Positions 1 to 12,823 are shown, counted from the first letter of the stretch. The stretch is DNA of 64,000 nucleotides from Escherichia coli 042 (GCF_000027125.1 NC_017626.1); one strand, 5' to 3'. The notes: generated by a model from the letters alone, not told the origin. Numbers and translations: made by a program.

Positions 1-611
1 GCCTGTTGCTGCGCGTTGGCCTGCGGGAAAGCGACGCTGGTGCGTAAAATACCGTCCTGATGCAGGTTATGCGTCAGCGGATAAAATACGGTGCTGCCAT
101 CAAAGCCGCGCGCACCAACCAGCGACACTTCACCAGAGAAGTTTATGCCCTGCTCGACAATACATTCGCCGTAGGATTCAGCCGGTAACTGTTCGGTTTC
201 ATCGGCGCGTAAACGCCATTGACCGCGTCCGTCATAGCCACCAGTGCGACGCTTAACAATCGCCAGCTCACCTAAACGATCAAACACCGCAGGCCACTCG
301 CTGCGATCGGCAAGTAACTGCCACGGTGCGGTCGGTAGGTGAAGCTTGTCGAAAAGCTGCTTCTGAGTCAGACGGTCAGCAATAATCGGGAATACATCGC
401 GGTTCACAAAGGCCGGATGGCGCGCCAGCTCGCGGGTTAATGCGGTTTCCGGCCAGCGTTCGATCTCAGCGGTAATCACGCTTTGTTGAAAAGGCACCGC
501 CGCCGGTTCAGCGTCCAGCCCGACTGGCCAGACAGCAATGCCTAACGGTTCGCCTGCCTGGCGCAGCATACGGCCTAACTGCCCGTTACCGAGGACGCAA
601 ACCTGTTTCAT
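1..611 (-). CDS. purK: N5-carboxyaminoimidazole ribonucleotide synthase PurK, 5' portion only (3' end lies beyond window start)
   Basis: Minus-strand frame open to position 1; ATG at ~609-611 reads [13 protein letters not shown] and overlaps the purE stop; conserved purE-purK order. Confidence 0.85.
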   Translation of the reverse strand, partial: MKQVCVLGNGQLGRMLRQAGEPLGIAVWPVGLDAEPAAVPFQQSVITAEIERWPETALTRELARHPAFVNRDVFPIIADRLTQKQLFDKLHLPTAPWQLLADRSEWPAVFDRLGELAIVKRRTGGYDGRGQWRLRADETEQLPAESYGECIVEQGINFSGEVSLVGARGFDGSTVFYPLTHNLHQDGILRTSVAFPQANAQQQ

Positions 612-1117
612 GCCGCACCTCGCGGGTCTGGGTTTTCCAGCACTTCGTCAGTCTGGGCTTTGCGCCAGTCATTCAGACGCTGGTGTAGCTCTTTATCATG
701 AGTTGCAAGAATTTGTGCTGCCAGTAACGCCGCGTTTGCCGCGCCAGCTTTACCAATCGCCAGTGTACCCACCGGAATGCCGCGCGGCATTTGTACGATG
801 GAGTAGAGGCTATCGACACCGCTCAGTGCGGCGCTCTGTACTGGCACGCCCAGCACTGGCACCAGCGTTTTGGCGGCAATCATGCCAGGCAGGTGCGCTG
901 CGCCGCCTGCGCCCGCAATAATCACCTGATAACCGTTCTCTTCGGCACTTTCGGCGAAGCTGAACAGTTTATCGGGGGTGCGGTGAGCAGAAACCACTTC
1001 AACGTGGTGTGGGACATTCAGGATTTCGAAGATTTCGGCGGCGAACTGCATGGTAGCCCAGTCGCTTTTGGACCCCATCACGATGGCGACACGCGCCGGA
1101 TTATTGCGGGAAGACAT
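608..1117 (-). CDS. purE: N5-carboxyaminoimidazole ribonucleotide mutase PurE
   Basis: ORF 608..1144 trimmed to [20 protein letters not shown] start, 169 aa; PurE-type sequence. Confidence 0.92.
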   Translation of the reverse strand: MSSRNNPARVAIVMGSKSDWATMQFAAEIFEILNVPHHVEVVSAHRTPDKLFSFAESAEENGYQVIIAGAGGAAHLPGMIAAKTLVPVLGVPVQSAALSGVDSLYSIVQMPRGIPVGTLAIGKAGAANAALLAAQILATHDKELHQRLNDWRKAQTDEVLENPDPRGAA

Positions 1118-1234
1118 GCGTCTTAAAACTCCTGTGGTGCACAACTCTCGGCTTTAGAGGGCACAGAGAATAGCACGGAAAGAGAGCAAGGAAAACGGTT
1201 GCGTGGCTGTGAAATCAGCAAAGTTGCGGGTTTT

Positions 1235-1957
1235 TTAAAACGGGAAATGAATTAGCTCAACGTCATCCGCCGTGACTTTCACCATTGAACCTTCCGTATG
1301 CCAGGCACCCAGCACGACGCGGAAAGCAGGTTGCTGATTGGCGATAAGTTCATGTACTGCCGGGCGATGGGTATGCCCGTGAATCAGCCATTGCACCTGA
1401 TGTTTTTCCATCGCACTGACCACCGCGTTTTGGTTTACGTCCATGATCGCCAGCGATTTACTGCTGTTGGCTTCTTTGCTGTTCGCTCGCATTCGCGCGG
1501 CAATGCGTTTGCGCACAAACAACGGCAGGGCGAGGAATAGCGTCTGCAGCCACGGCTTGTGGACTTTGGCGCGAAAAGCCTGATAACCCGCGTCATCGGT
1601 GCACAGCGTGTCGCCATGCATAATCAACACCCGACGACCATACAGTTCGAGCACCTTTTCTTCCGGCAATAACGTCATGCCGCTTTCACGGGCAAAGCGT
1701 TTGCCGAGCAGAAAATCACGGTTGCCATGAATGAAATAACAGGGAACGCCGGAATCGGACACCGCTTTGATCGCTGCCGCCATCTGGCGATGGAGTGGGT
1801 TGGGATCGTCGTCGCCAATCCATGCTTCAAACAGATCGCCAAGAATATACAGCGCGTCGGCCTTGCGGGCTTCCCCCGCTAAAAAACGCAGAAAACCGGC
1901 GGTGATCGCCGGTTCTTCCGCGCAGAGATGAAGATCTGCAATAAAGAGTGTCGCCAC
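1235..1957 (-). CDS. lpxH: UDP-2,3-diacylglucosamine hydrolase LpxH
   Basis: 240 aa ORF with calcineurin-like metallophosphoesterase motifs (DLHL, GDLFE, GNRD, GHTH). Confidence 0.92.
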   Translation of the reverse strand: MATLFIADLHLCAEEPAITAGFLRFLAGEARKADALYILGDLFEAWIGDDDPNPLHRQMAAAIKAVSDSGVPCYFIHGNRDFLLGKRFARESGMTLLPEEKVLELYGRRVLIMHGDTLCTDDAGYQAFRAKVHKPWLQTLFLALPLFVRKRIAARMRANSKEANSSKSLAIMDVNQNAVVSAMEKHQVQWLIHGHTHRPAVHELIANQQPAFRVVLGAWHTEGSMVKVTADDVELIHFPF

Positions 1958-1959
1958 GA

Positions 1960-2454
1960 TTACTCGCTAACGGTCACGCTTTCAATGATAACGTCTTCTT
2001 TTGGCACGTCCTGGTGCATACCGCTACGACCGGTTGCAACACCTTTGATTTTGTCTACCACGTCCATGCCTTCAACCACTTCAGCAAACACGCAGTAACC
2101 CCAACCTTGCAGGCTTTCGCCAGAGAAGTTCAGGAAGTCGTTATCAACCACGTTGATGAAGAACTGTGCAGTTGCAGAGTGCGGTGCCTGAGTACGGGCC
2201 ATTGCCAGCGTACCACGGGTATTTTTCAGACCGTTGTTGGCTTCGTTTTTGATCGGTTCTTTGGTGGCTTTTTGTTTCATACCCGGTTCAAAACCGCCGC
2301 CCTGAATCATAAAGCCGTTGATAACACGGTGGAAAATGGTGTTGTTGTAAAAACCTTCGCGGCAGTAGTCCAGGAAGTTTTTAACTGTTTCAGGTGCTTT
2401 ATCGTCAAAAGTTTTGATGACAATATCGCCGTGATTGGTGTGGAAAGTAACCAT
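1960..2454 (-). CDS. ppiB: peptidyl-prolyl cis-trans isomerase B (cyclophilin)
   Basis: 164 aa ORF, cyclophilin fold sequence ([15 protein letters not shown]). Confidence 0.93.
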   Translation of the reverse strand: MVTFHTNHGDIVIKTFDDKAPETVKNFLDYCREGFYNNTIFHRVINGFMIQGGGFEPGMKQKATKEPIKNEANNGLKNTRGTLAMARTQAPHSATAQFFINVVDNDFLNFSGESLQGWGYCVFAEVVEGMDVVDKIKGVATGRSGMHQDVPKEDVIIESVTVSE

Positions 2455-2627
2455 TTTTGCATCCTGTTCCGTTTGATTGGTGCTTCAACCCGGTTCGGGT
2501 CATATATAGGGTGGTGTTATAGCATAACCGCACGATCGGATCATCACGCAATGTATGCTGATTCGCGCGGGAAATATGGGTATTATACGCAACTCAATTA
2601 CCCACACATGTCTAAACGGAATCTTCG

Positions 2628-4013
2628 ATGCTAAAAATCTTCAATACTCTGACACGCCAAAAAGAGGAATTTAAGCCTATTCACGCCGGGGAAGTCGGCA
2701 TGTACGTGTGTGGAATCACCGTTTACGATCTCTGTCATATCGGTCACGGGCGTACCTTTGTTGCCTTTGACGTGGTTGCGCGCTATCTGCGTTTCCTCGG
2801 CTATAAGCTGAAGTATGTGCGCAACATTACTGATATCGACGACAAAATCATCAAACGCGCCAATGAAAATGGCGAAAGCTTTGTGGCGCTGGTGGATCGC
2901 ATGATTGCCGAAATGCACAAAGATTTTGATGCTTTGAACATTCTGCGCCCGGATATGGAGCCGCGCGCGACGCACCATATCGCAGAAATTATTGAACTCA
3001 CTGAACAACTGATCGCCAAAGGTCACGCTTATGTGGCGGACAACGGCGACGTGATGTTTGACGTACCGACCGATCCGACATATGGCGTGCTGTCGCGTCA
3101 GGATCTCGACCAGCTGCAGGCCGGCGCGCGCGTTGACGTGGTCGACGACAAACGCAACCCGATGGACTTCGTTCTGTGGAAGATGTCGAAAGAGGGCGAA
3201 CCGAGCTGGCCGTCGCCGTGGGGCGCGGGCCGTCCAGGCTGGCACATTGAATGTTCGGCAATGAACTGCAAGCAGCTGGGTAACCACTTTGATATCCACG
3301 GCGGCGGTTCTGACCTGATGTTCCCACACCACGAAAACGAAATCGCTCAGTCCACCTGTGCTCATGATGGCCAGTATGTGAACTACTGGATGCACTCGGG
3401 GATGGTGATGGTTGACCGCGAGAAGATGTCCAAATCGCTGGGTAACTTCTTTACCGTGCGCGATGTGCTGAAATACTACGACGCGGAAACCGTGCGTTAC
3501 TTCCTGATGTCGGGCCACTATCGCAGCCAGCTTAACTATAGCGAAGAGAACCTGAAGCAGGCGCGTGCGGCGCTGGAGCGTCTCTACACTGCGCTGCGCG
3601 GCACAGATAAAACCGTTGCGCCTGCCGGTGGCGAAGCGTTTGAAGCGCGCTTTATTGAAGCGATGGACGACGATTTCAACACCCCGGAAGCCTATTCCGT
3701 GCTGTTTGATATGGCGCGTGAAGTGAACCGTCTGAAAGCAGAAGATATGGCAGCGGCGAATGCAATGGCATCTCACCTGCGTAAACTTTCCGCTGTATTG
3801 GGCCTGCTGGAGCAAGAACCGGAAGCGTTCCTGCAAAGCGGCGCGCAGGCAGACGACAGCGAAGTGGCTGAGATTGAAGCGTTAATTCAACAGCGTCTGG
3901 ATGCCCGTAAAGCGAAAGACTGGGCGGCGGCAGATGCGGCGCGTGACCGTCTTAACGAGATGGGGATCGTGCTGGAAGATGGCCCGCAAGGGACCACCTG
4001 GCGTCGTAAGTAA
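2628..4013 (+). CDS. cysS: cysteine--tRNA ligase
   Basis: 461 aa ORF with class I aaRS HIGH motif (CHIGHGR) and KMSKS motif. Confidence 0.95.
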
Positions 4014-4023
4014 TTGCGCTATT

Positions 4024-4050
4024 GCCGGATGCGAGTTTTCGCATCCGGTT
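4024..4050. terminator. GC-rich hairpin between convergent cysS and ybcI (possible bidirectional terminator)
   Basis: Inverted repeat gccggatgcg...cgcatccgg read directly from sequence; coordinates approximate. Confidence 0.4.
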
Positions 4051-4570
4051 ATCGTCTGCGCCACCACAACATTCCCATCAGTAGCATCCCCGGCAACCAC
4101 ACCCACATCAATTCAGAAATAATCACCTGATGCCCGTACGGCGTGGTGTAACGAGACAATGCAAACGGCGCGACTTTAATCACCTGCCAGGGAGCGAAAA
4201 AGCGTTCATCTGACCACGGCCACAGCCAGCCAACGCCCTTACCACCAGTGGTTACCGCATCCAGCAAGCTGTGCGATAACAACGAGACGGTTAAAAACAG
4301 CCAGCAGCGAATCAGCCCAGCCCTGAACCATCGACGTCCAATCAGCACACATAACAGCGGGACAACAAACGCAAACACCAGCGAATGGGTAAACCCGCGA
4401 TGACCAAAAACATTGCCGTAAGCAACGCCAAATTTAAACGACAATACGTCGGCATCGGGCAGCATCGCCAGGATGATTCCGGCAAATAACAGGCGCGGAG
4501 GGATGACTTTCGAACCCAACCCTAAAGCAATGCAAAGGGGAACGGCTGCGTGCGTAATAACGGTTGGCAT
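4049..4570 (-). CDS. ybcI: inner membrane protein YbcI (DUF457 family)
   Basis: 173 aa hydrophobic ORF in conserved position after cysS. Confidence 0.85.
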   Translation of the reverse strand: MPTVITHAAVPLCIALGLGSKVIPPRLLFAGIILAMLPDADVLSFKFGVAYGNVFGHRGFTHSLVFAFVVPLLCVLIGRRWFRAGLIRCWLFLTVSLLSHSLLDAVTTGGKGVGWLWPWSDERFFAPWQVIKVAPFALSRYTTPYGHQVIISELMWVWLPGMLLMGMLWWRRR

Positions 4571-4677
4571 GATGGTCGCTTCGGCAAAATGTCGATGCTA
4601 TCAGCATGGATGAACGGGGCGTAGAGGGCAAAAGTCTGAAAAGAGAACCGGCCTGTTGTTACAGGCCGGGAAAGGGA

Positions 4678-4890
4678 TCAGGCAACAACCTGTACGCTGT
4701 GACCGGCAAAACTCACTGTCTGCCCGGCAACGATTTTGCAGCGTTTGCGCGTTTCAACCGCACCGTCGACTTTCACCTGGCCTTCGGCAATCGCGATTTT
4801 CGCCTGCGCGCCGCTTTCGCTCCAGCCTTCCAGTTTCAGCAAGTCGCACAGCTCAACGTGCGGATGTTTACCTAAAGAAAATGTCGCCAT
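4678..4890 (-). CDS. ybcJ: S4-like RNA-binding protein YbcJ
   Basis: ORF 4678..4944 trimmed to MATFSLGKHPHVELCDLLK start (70 aa); sits just upstream of folD on the same strand. Confidence 0.85.
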   Translation of the reverse strand: MATFSLGKHPHVELCDLLKLEGWSESGAQAKIAIAEGQVKVDGAVETRKRCKIVAGQTVSFAGHSVQVVA

Positions 4891-4891
4891 G

Positions 4892-5758
4892 TTACTCACC
4901 CTGTGGATCATGATATTCAACGCACGCCTGTAGCGTGTTTTCAATTAGCGTGGCAACCGTCATCGGGCCAACGCCGCCGGGAACAGGCGTAATGTATGAG
5001 GCGCGTTTAGCCGCGTCTTCAAACACGACGTCGCCCACAACTTTGCCATTTTCCAGACGGTTGATGCCGACATCAATCACAATTGCGCCTTCTTTGATCC
5101 AGTCACCGGGAATAAAGCCTGGCTTACCGACGGCAACGATCAATAGATCGGCATTTTCTACGTGGTGACGCAGATTTTTAGTGAAACGGTGAGTCACGGT
5201 GGTGGTGCAACCTGCCAGTAGCAGTTCCATGCTCATCGGGCGGCCAACGATATTCGATGCGCCAATCACCACGGCGTTGAGGCCGAAGGTATCAATGTTG
5301 TAACGCTCAAGCAGCGTGACAATACCGCGCGGGGTGCAGGGACGCAGACGCGGCGCGCGCTGGCACAGGCGACCGACGTTATAAGGATGGAAACCGTCTA
5401 CGTCTTTGTCCGGGTGAATTCGTTCCAGCACTTTGACGTTATCAATACCCGCCGGTAACGGCAGTTGAACCAGAATGCCATCGATGGTGTTGTCGGCATT
5501 CAGCGTATCGATAAGCTCCAGCAGCTCCGCTTCGCTGGTGGTTTCCGGGAGGTCGTAAGAGCGGGAGACGAACCCGACTTCTTCACAAGCCTTGCGTTTG
5601 CTTGCGACATAAATTTGCGATGCAGGGTTACTACCCACCAGCACAACGGCCAGTCCTGGTGCCCGCAGTCCGGCTGCAATACGCGCCTGAACTTTTTGAG
5701 CAACTTCAGAGCGCACCTGCTGCGCAATCGTTTTACCGTCAATAATCTTTGCTGCCAT
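4892..5758 (-). CDS. folD: bifunctional methylenetetrahydrofolate dehydrogenase / methenyl-THF cyclohydrolase FolD
   Basis: 288 aa ORF, FolD family sequence. Confidence 0.95.
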   Translation of the reverse strand: MAAKIIDGKTIAQQVRSEVAQKVQARIAAGLRAPGLAVVLVGSNPASQIYVASKRKACEEVGFVSRSYDLPETTSEAELLELIDTLNADNTIDGILVQLPLPAGIDNVKVLERIHPDKDVDGFHPYNVGRLCQRAPRLRPCTPRGIVTLLERYNIDTFGLNAVVIGASNIVGRPMSMELLLAGCTTTVTHRFTKNLRHHVENADLLIVAVGKPGFIPGDWIKEGAIVIDVGINRLENGKVVGDVVFEDAAKRASYITPVPGGVGPMTVATLIENTLQACVEYHDPQGE

Positions 5759-6228
5759 CAGAGAGAGGATTCCATCTGTTACGTAGGTCGAAGGGGATGC
5801 GCCTATTTTGTCAGAAGCGGGGCGCGCTGTCAGGTTTCGTTTCAGATTTATCGCGTGAAGCGACCTCGTGCGAAGGTGAGGCGCACTGTCGCTGAGATTG
5901 AAAGCTTCATTTTTCGTCCATGATGGCGTTGTAAATCTGGAACTGACTTATTTCCTTGTCAAAGGATTAAGATAATTTAAGAAATACCTGACAATATAAA
6001 AAGAATTTTCAGCCTGGTAATTTACCGCTTCAGGTCTATATTTGTGTTGAATATATTTTGCGCGGAAGTATTCATCTAACGGGGCTCTCTATTTTTTAGA
6101 ATAGAGTGCATATTTTCAATTAAGACATTCTTAGAGGATAAAAAGGAATTTACTACTATCAGTGTCTTAAATAAAGTAATCGGTTATATACGGATGTGGA
6201 GTCGATAAATGAGATTGAAGGAATATAT

Positions 6229-6771
6229 ATGAAATTAAGATTTATTTCGTCTGCGCTGGCCGCCGCACTATTCGCCGCTACGGGTAGTTATGCTGCCGTT
6301 GTAGATGGCGGTACAATTCACTTTGAAGGCGAACTGGTGAATGCTGCCTGTTCAGTGAATACTGACTCGGCAGACCAGGTTGTCACACTCGGTCAATATC
6401 GTACCGATATTTTCAATGCTGTTGGTAATACCTCTGCATTAATTCCATTCACTATACAGTTGAACGACTGCGATCCTGTCGTTGCCGCTAATGCTGCCGT
6501 TGCATTTTCTGGTCAGGCGGATGCAATCAATGATAATTTATTGGCCATTGCATCCAGTACTAATACAACAACAGCAACGGGTGTCGGTATTGAAATACTT
6601 GATAATACATCCGCAATTCTCAAACCTGATGGGAATAGCTTCTCAACCAACCAGAACTTGATCCCCGGGACCAACGTTCTTCATTTTTCTGCACGTTATA
6701 AAGGCACCGGTACAAGTGCATCAGCAGGGCAAGCAAATGCTGACGCGACTTTTATTATGAGATACGAATAA
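6229..6771 (+). CDS. sfmA: type 1-like fimbrial major subunit SfmA
   Basis: ORF 6196..6771 trimmed to [22 protein letters not shown] signal peptide; fimbrial subunit with conserved Cys pair. Confidence 0.85.
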   Translation: MKLRFISSALAAALFAATGSYAAVVDGGTIHFEGELVNAACSVNTDSADQVVTLGQYRTDIFNAVGNTSALIPFTIQLNDCDPVVAANAAVAFSGQADAINDNLLAIASSTNTTTATGVGIEILDNTSAILKPDGNSFSTNQNLIPGTNVLHFSARYKGTGTSASAGQANADATFIMRYE

Positions 6772-6990
6772 TCAAAACCACGTTGTTTTGAATTATATAT
6801 CACGTCTTATAACAAAGTAATGTACCGGTTGTCTGAAGCGGTATGGTGGCAATGTAAATCGAAATCATATTCACTTTGTATCATGCCGCTTTATTAAATG
6901 AAAAGGGAATGATGTGTTGTAAGAAACCAAAGCAATCATTTCTTTATACTCCTTATTTTTGCCGTCAGGAATACACAAGGCGTATTAACT

Positions 6991-7683
6991 ATGATGACTA
7001 AAATAAAGTTATTGATGCTCATTATATTTTATTTAATCATTTCGGCCAGCGCCCATGCTGCCGGAGGGATCGCATTAGGTGCCACGCGTATTATTTATCC
7101 CGCTGATGCTAAACAGACTGCGGTATGGATTAGAAATAGCCATACCAATGAGCGCTTTCTGGTCAATTCGTGGATTGAAAACAGCAGCGGTGTAAAAGAA
7201 AAGTCATTCATCATTACACCGCCACTGTTTGTTAGTGAACCCAAAAGCGAAAATACTTTGCGTATTATTTACACCGGTCCACCGCTGGCGGCAGATCGTG
7301 AGTCTCTGTTCTGGATGAATGTTAAGACGATCCCTTCGGTAGATAAAAATGCATTGAACGGCAGGAATGTTTTGCAACTGGCGATTTTATCGCGCATGAA
7401 ATTATTTCTCCGTCCAATTCAATTACAAGAATTACCCGCAGAAGCGCCGGACACACTCAAGTTTTCGCGATCCGGTAACTATATCAATGTTCATAATCCA
7501 TCACCTTTTTATGTCACCCTGGTTAACTTGCAAGTGGGCAGCCAAAAACTGGGGAATGCTATGGCTGCACCCAGAGTTAATTCACAAATTCCCTTACCCT
7601 CAGGAGTGCAGGGAAAGCTGAAATTTCAGACCGTTAATGATTATGGTTCAGTAACCCCGGTCAGAGAAGTGAACTTAAACTAA
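6991..7683 (+). CDS. sfmC: periplasmic fimbrial chaperone SfmC
   Basis: 230 aa ORF with signal peptide; PapD-like chaperone sequence. Confidence 0.85.
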   Translation: MMTKIKLLMLIIFYLIISASAHAAGGIALGATRIIYPADAKQTAVWIRNSHTNERFLVNSWIENSSGVKEKSFIITPPLFVSEPKSENTLRIIYTGPPLAADRESLFWMNVKTIPSVDKNALNGRNVLQLAILSRMKLFLRPIQLQELPAEAPDTLKFSRSGNYINVHNPSPFYVTLVNLQVGSQKLGNAMAAPRVNSQIPLPSGVQGKLKFQTVNDYGSVTPVREVNLN

Positions 7684-7713
7684 CCGAATCATCTGACAAT
7701 ATCAGAGCTAATT

Positions 7714-10323
7714 ATGAAAATACCCACTACTACGGATATTCCGCAGAGGTATACCTGGTGTCTGGCCGGAATTTGTTATTCATCTCTTGCCATTTTACCC
7801 TCCTTTTTAAGCTATGCGGAAAGTTATTTCAACCCGGCATTTTTATTAGAGAATGGCACATCCGTTGCTGATTTATCGCGCTTTGAGAGAGGTAATCATC
7901 AACCTGCGGGCGTGTATCGGGTGGATCTCTGGCGTAATGATGAGTTCATTGGTTCACAGGATATCGTATTTGAATCGACGACAGTAAATACAGGTGATAA
8001 ATCAGGTGGGTTAATGCCTTGTTTTAATCAGGCACTCCTTGAACGAATTGGCCTTAATAGCAGTGCATTCCCCGAGTTAGCCCAGCAGCAAAATAATAAA
8101 TGCATTAATTTACTGAAAGCTGTACCTGATGCCACAATTAACTTTGATTTTGCAGCGATGCGCCTGAACATCACTATTCCTCAGATAGCGTTGTTGAGTA
8201 GCGCTCACGGTTACATTCCGCCTGAAGAGTGGGATGAAGGTATTCCTGCTTTACTCCTGAATTATAATTTCACCGGTAACAGAGGTAATGGTAACGATAG
8301 CTATTTTTTTAGTGAACTCAGCGGGATTAATATTGGCCCGTGGCGTTTACGCAACAATGGTTCCTGGAACTATTTTCGCGGAAATGGATATCATTCAGAA
8401 CAGTGGAATAATATTGGCACCTGGGTACAGCGCGCCATTATTCCGCTGAAAAGTGAACTGGTAATGGGAGACGGTAATACAGGGAGTGATATTTTCGATG
8501 GCGTCGGATTTCGAGGTGTACGGCTTTATTCTTCCGATAATATGTATCCTGATAGCCAGCAAGGGTTTGCCCCAACGGTACGTGGGATTGCCCGTACGGC
8601 GGCCCAGCTAACGATTCGGCAAAATGGTTTTATTATCTATCAAAGCTATGTTTCCCCCGGCGCTTTTGAAATTACAGATTTACACCCGACATCTTCAAAT
8701 GGCGATCTGGACGTCACCATCGACGAGCGCGATGGTAATCAGCAGAATTACACTATTCCGTATTCGACAGTGCCAATTTTACAACGCGAAGGGCGTTTCA
8801 AATTTGACCTGACGGCGGGTGATTTTCGTAGCGGTAATAGTCAGCAATCGTCGCCTTTCTTTTTTCAGGGCACGGCACTCGGCGGTTTACCACAGGAATT
8901 TACTGCCTACGGCGGGACGCAATTATCTGCAAATTACACCGCCTTTTTGTTAGGGTTGGGGCGCAACCTCGGGAACTGGGGCGCAGTGTCGCTGGATGTA
9001 ACGCATGCGCGCAGTCAGTTAGCCGACGACAGTCGTCATGAGGGGGATTCCATTCGCTTCCTCTATGCGAAATCAATGAACACTTTCGGCACCAATTTTC
9101 AGTTAATGGGTTACCGCTATTCGACACAAGGTTTTTATACCCTTGATGATGTTGCGTATCGTCGAATGGAGGGGTACGAATATGATTACGATTATGACGG
9201 TGAGCATCGCGATGAACCGATAATCGTGAATTACCACAATTTACGCTTTAGCCGTAAAGACCGTTTGCAGTTAAATATTTCACAATCACTTAATGACTTT
9301 GGCTCGCTTTATATCTCTGGTACCCATCAAAAATACTGGAATACTTCGGATTCAGATACCTGGTATCAGGTGGGGTATACCAGCAGCTGGGTTGGCATCA
9401 GTTATTCACTCTCATTTTCGTGGAATGAATCTGTAGGGATCCCCGATAACGAACGTATTGTCGGACTTAATGTTTCAGTGCCTTTCAATGTTCTGACCAA
9501 ACGTCGCTACACCCGGGAAAATGCGCTCGACCGCGCTTATGCCTCCTTTAACGCCAACCGTAACAGCAACGGGCAAAATAGCTGGCTGGCAGGCGTTGGT
9601 GGGACCTTACTGGAAGGCCACAACCTGAGTTATCACGTAAGCCAAGGCGATACCTCGAATAATGGGTATACGGGCAGCGCCACGGCAAACTGGCAGGCCG
9701 CTTACGGTACGCTGGGGGTCGGGTATAACTACGACCGCGATCAACATGACGTTAACTGGCAGCTGTCTGGCGGTGTGGTCGGGCATGAAAATGGTATAAC
9801 GCTGAGCCAGCCTTTAGGGGATACCAATGTTTTGATTAAAGCGCCAGGCGCAGGCGGTGTACGCATTGAAAATCAAACTGGAATTTTAACCGACTGGCGC
9901 GGCTATGCGGTGATGCCGTATGCCACGGTTTATCGGTATAACCGTATCGCGCTTGATACCAATACGATGGGGAATTCCATCGATGTTGAAAAAAATATTA
10001 GCAGCGTTGTGCCGACGCAAGGCGCGTTGGTTCGTGCCAATTTTGATACCCGCATAGGCGTGCGGGCGCTCATTACCGTTACCCAGGGCGGAAAACCGGT
10101 GCCGTTTGGATCACTGGTACGGGAAAACAGTACCGGAATAACCAGTATGGTGGGTGATGACGGGCAAGTTTATTTAAGCGGTGCGCCATTGTCTGGTGAA
10201 TTACTGGTTCAGTGGGGAGACGGCGCGAACTCACGCTGCATTGCGCACTATGTATTGCCGAAGCAAAGATTACAGCAAGCCGTCACTGTTATTTCGGCAG
10301 TTTGCACACATCCTGGCTCATAA
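7714..10323 (+). CDS. sfmD: fimbrial outer membrane usher SfmD
   Basis: 869 aa ORF, usher family, in chaperone-usher operon context. Confidence 0.9.
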   Translation: MKIPTTTDIPQRYTWCLAGICYSSLAILPSFLSYAESYFNPAFLLENGTSVADLSRFERGNHQPAGVYRVDLWRNDEFIGSQDIVFESTTVNTGDKSGGLMPCFNQALLERIGLNSSAFPELAQQQNNKCINLLKAVPDATINFDFAAMRLNITIPQIALLSSAHGYIPPEEWDEGIPALLLNYNFTGNRGNGNDSYFFSELSGINIGPWRLRNNGSWNYFRGNGYHSEQWNNIGTWVQRAIIPLKSELVMGDGNTGSDIFDGVGFRGVRLYSSDNMYPDSQQGFAPTVRGIARTAAQLTIRQNGFIIYQSYVSPGAFEITDLHPTSSNGDLDVTIDERDGNQQNYTIPYSTVPILQREGRFKFDLTAGDFRSGNSQQSSPFFFQGTALGGLPQEFTAYGGTQLSANYTAFLLGLGRNLGNWGAVSLDVTHARSQLADDSRHEGDSIRFLYAKSMNTFGTNFQLMGYRYSTQGFYTLDDVAYRRMEGYEYDYDYDGEHRDEPIIVNYHNLRFSRKDRLQLNISQSLNDFGSLYISGTHQKYWNTSDSDTWYQVGYTSSWVGISYSLSFSWNESVGIPDNERIVGLNVSVPFNVLTKRRYTRENALDRAYASFNANRNSNGQNSWLAGVGGTLLEGHNLSYHVSQGDTSNNGYTGSATANWQAAYGTLGVGYNYDRDQHDVNWQLSGGVVGHENGITLSQPLGDTNVLIKAPGAGGVRIENQTGILTDWRGYAVMPYATVYRYNRIALDTNTMGNSIDVEKNISSVVPTQGALVRANFDTRIGVRALITVTQGGKPVPFGSLVRENSTGITSMVGDDGQVYLSGAPLSGELLVQWGDGANSRCIAHYVLPKQRLQQAVTVISAVCTHPGS

Positions 10324-10335
10324 AGGAAATTATCA

Positions 10336-11343
10336 ATGAAGATAATCTGCAGATTATTATTGGCAATGGCATGTTTGTGTCTGGCAAACATATCCTGGGC
10401 TACTGTTTGTGCAAATAGTACTGGCGTAGCAGAAGATGAACACTATGATCTCTCAAATGTCTTTAATAGCACCAATAACCAGCCAGGGCAGATTGTTGTT
10501 TTACCGGAAAAATCCGGCTGGGTAGGTGTATCAGCAATTTGTCCACCCGGCACGCTGGTGAATTATACATACCGTAGTTATGTCACCAACTTTATTGTTC
10601 AGGAAACTATCGATAATTATAAATATATGCAATTAAATGATTATCTATTAGGTGCGATGAGTCTGGTTGATAGCGTGATGGATATTCAATTCCCTCCGCA
10701 AAATTATATTCGTATGGGAACAGATCCTAACGTTTCGCAAAACCTTCCGTTCGGGGTGATGGATTCTCGTTTGATATTTCGTTTAAAGGTTATTCGTCCC
10801 TTTATTAACATGGTGGAGATCCCCAGACAGGTGATGTTTACCGTGTATGTGACATCAACGCCTAACGATCCGTTGGTTACACCTGTTTATACCATTAGTT
10901 TTGGTGGCCGGGTTGAAGTACCGCAAAACTGCGAATTAAATGCCGGGCAAATTGTTGAATTTGATTTTGGTGATATCGGCGCATCGTTATTTAGTGCGGC
11001 AGGGCCGGGGAATCGACCAGCTGGTGTCATGCCGCAAACCAAGAGCATTGCGATCAAATGTACGAATGTTGCTGCGCAGGCTTATTTAATAATGCGTCTG
11101 GAAGCCAGTGCCGTTTCTGGTCAGGCGATGGTGTCGGACAATCAGGATTTAGGTTTTATTGTGGCCGATCAGAACGATACGCCGATCACGCCTAACGATC
11201 TCAATAGCGTTATTCCTTTCCGTCTGGATGCAGCTGCGGCAGCCAATGTCACACTTCGCGCCTGGCCTATCAGTATTACCGGTCAAAAACCGACCGAAGG
11301 GCCGTTTAGCGCGCTGGGGTATTTACGCGTCGATTATCAATGA
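10336..11343 (+). CDS. sfmH: fimbrial minor subunit / adhesin-like SfmH
   Basis: 335 aa ORF with signal peptide following the usher gene. Confidence 0.8.
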   Translation: MKIICRLLLAMACLCLANISWATVCANSTGVAEDEHYDLSNVFNSTNNQPGQIVVLPEKSGWVGVSAICPPGTLVNYTYRSYVTNFIVQETIDNYKYMQLNDYLLGAMSLVDSVMDIQFPPQNYIRMGTDPNVSQNLPFGVMDSRLIFRLKVIRPFINMVEIPRQVMFTVYVTSTPNDPLVTPVYTISFGGRVEVPQNCELNAGQIVEFDFGDIGASLFSAAGPGNRPAGVMPQTKSIAIKCTNVAAQAYLIMRLEASAVSGQAMVSDNQDLGFIVADQNDTPITPNDLNSVIPFRLDAAAAANVTLRAWPISITGQKPTEGPFSALGYLRVDYQ

Positions 11344-11353
11344 GGTACGGAGA

Positions 11354-11869
11354 ATGAGAAGAGTACTTTTTAGCTGTTTCTGCGGGCTACTGTGGAGTTC
11401 CAGTGGATGGGCAGTTGACCCTTTAGGAACGATTAATATCAATTTGCACGGTAACGTTGTTGATTTCTCCTGTACCGTAAACACAGCGGATAAGGATAAG
11501 ACGGTAGATTTAGGCAGATGGCCTACGACACAATTACTGAGCGCTGGCGATACCACGGCACTCGTCCCTTTTAGCCTGCGGCTGGAGGGATGTCCTCCGG
11601 GTTCAGTTGCGATTTTATTTACGGGAACGCCGGCATCTGATGCCAACCTGCTGGCTTTGGATGATCCCGCAATGGCACAAACCGTCGCCATCGAATTACG
11701 TAATAGCGATCGCTCCCGGCTCGCACTGGGGGAGGCGAGCCCGACTGAGGAAGTAGATGCAAATGGCAATGTCACACTAAACTTTTTTGCCAATTATCGA
11801 GCGTTAGCCAGCGGTGTTCAGCCAGGTGTGGCGAAAGCGGATGCGATATTTATGATCAATTATAATTAA
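11354..11869 (+). CDS. sfmF: fimbrial minor subunit SfmF
   Basis: ORF 11159..11869 trimmed to internal ATG (MRRVLFSCFCGLLWSSSGWA signal peptide); fimbrial subunit. Confidence 0.8.
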   Translation: MRRVLFSCFCGLLWSSSGWAVDPLGTININLHGNVVDFSCTVNTADKDKTVDLGRWPTTQLLSAGDTTALVPFSLRLEGCPPGSVAILFTGTPASDANLLALDDPAMAQTVAIELRNSDRSRLALGEASPTEEVDANGNVTLNFFANYRALASGVQPGVAKADAIFMINYN

Positions 11870-11871
11870 TA

Positions 11872-12504
11872 TTATATTAATTCATATAATTTGGCATAGT
11901 CGATAAGCTCTACAATTGAATGCAAACCTAGCTTGCCATAAATATTAGATTTATGCGCACTAACTGTTTTATTGCTAAGTAATAACTTATCGGCAATTTC
12001 TTTATTGGATAATCCGCTAACCAGATAACGTAATATGGTCACTTCACGATTAGATAGCACCGTGACCGTTGAACTATTCGTACTGCATTTATTGCTTTTT
12101 ATATAGTTGAGCGTTTCGCTGGGGAAAAAAGTGTATCCGGAGAGGATCATCTGAACGGCGTGAAAAATATCATTTTGATCATTGCATTTACTGACAAAAC
12201 CGTTAGCACCAGCTTGTATCGCTCTGCCAGCATAAAAGCATTCTGATTTCGATGATAAAAATAATACTTTCACTGTGCTCTGGATTTGTTTGATCCTTTT
12301 CAGGAAGGTAAAACCGTCTGTTCCGGGCAAGTCTATATCCATAATGATTAAATCAACAGGACGGGTTCGGAGATAATCGATGGTTATGCGATAATCATCC
12401 GTTTTCAGGACAATTTGCAATTCATTGTTTTTTTGCAACAGAACTTCAATAGACATTCTGATGATAGGATGAGTATCCATAATGATCACCGACGTTGGTT
12501 TCAT
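11872..12504 (-). CDS. fimZ: LuxR/FixJ-family response regulator FimZ
   Basis: ORF 11872..12567 trimmed to MKPTSVIIMDTHPI start (210 aa); receiver domain plus C-terminal LuxR-type HTH. Confidence 0.85.
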   Translation of the reverse strand: MKPTSVIIMDTHPIIRMSIEVLLQKNNELQIVLKTDDYRITIDYLRTRPVDLIIMDIDLPGTDGFTFLKRIKQIQSTVKVLFLSSKSECFYAGRAIQAGANGFVSKCNDQNDIFHAVQMILSGYTFFPSETLNYIKSNKCSTNSSTVTVLSNREVTILRYLVSGLSNKEIADKLLLSNKTVSAHKSNIYGKLGLHSIVELIDYAKLYELI

Positions 12505-12746
12505 AGTTACCAGTCTCATTGGATCGGACAATTTTCCGTTAGGGCGGGAAATTGTACTTTGATACATGAAAATACGGGTTTTCTTGATTCAGACGCGCAG
12601 CGATGTGCGTTTGTTTGCCGCTATAGCGAAATAAATCAGAAAATCAGACGCGGTCGTTCACTTGTTCAGCAACCAGATCAAAAGCCATTGACTCAGCAAG
12701 GGTTGACCGTATAATTCACGCGATTACACCGCATTGCGGTATCAAC

Positions 12747-12823
12747 GCGCCCTTAGCTCAGTTGGATAGAGCAACGACCTTCTAAGTCGTGGGCCGCAGG
12801 TTCGAATCCTGCAGGGCGCGCCA
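12747..12823 (+). tRNA. argU: tRNA-Arg (anticodon UCU)
   Basis: 77 nt sequence gcgcccttagctcagttggatagagcaacgaccttctaagtcg...ttcgaatcctgcagggcgcgcca with acceptor stem, D-loop, UCU anticodon loop, T-loop and CCA. Confidence 0.9.

Noticed and set aside
538-1126. Plus-strand ORFs (127 and 111 aa) over purK/purE
   Set aside because: Antisense to conserved purEK coding sequence
1948-2634. 228 aa plus-strand ORF overlapping ppiB
   Set aside because: Antisense to ppiB; no independent support
2631-3836. 401 aa minus-strand ORF plus smaller ORFs antisense to cysS
   Set aside because: Fully overlaps the well-supported cysS gene on the opposite strand; typical spurious antisense ORF in GC-rich coding sequence
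5465-5923. 152 aa plus-strand ORF over folD
   Set aside because: Antisense to folD
5759-6228. Possible invertible switch upstream of sfmA, by analogy with fimS
   Set aside because: No flanking inverted repeats seen and no recombinase gene nearby; treated as an ordinary AT-rich promoter region
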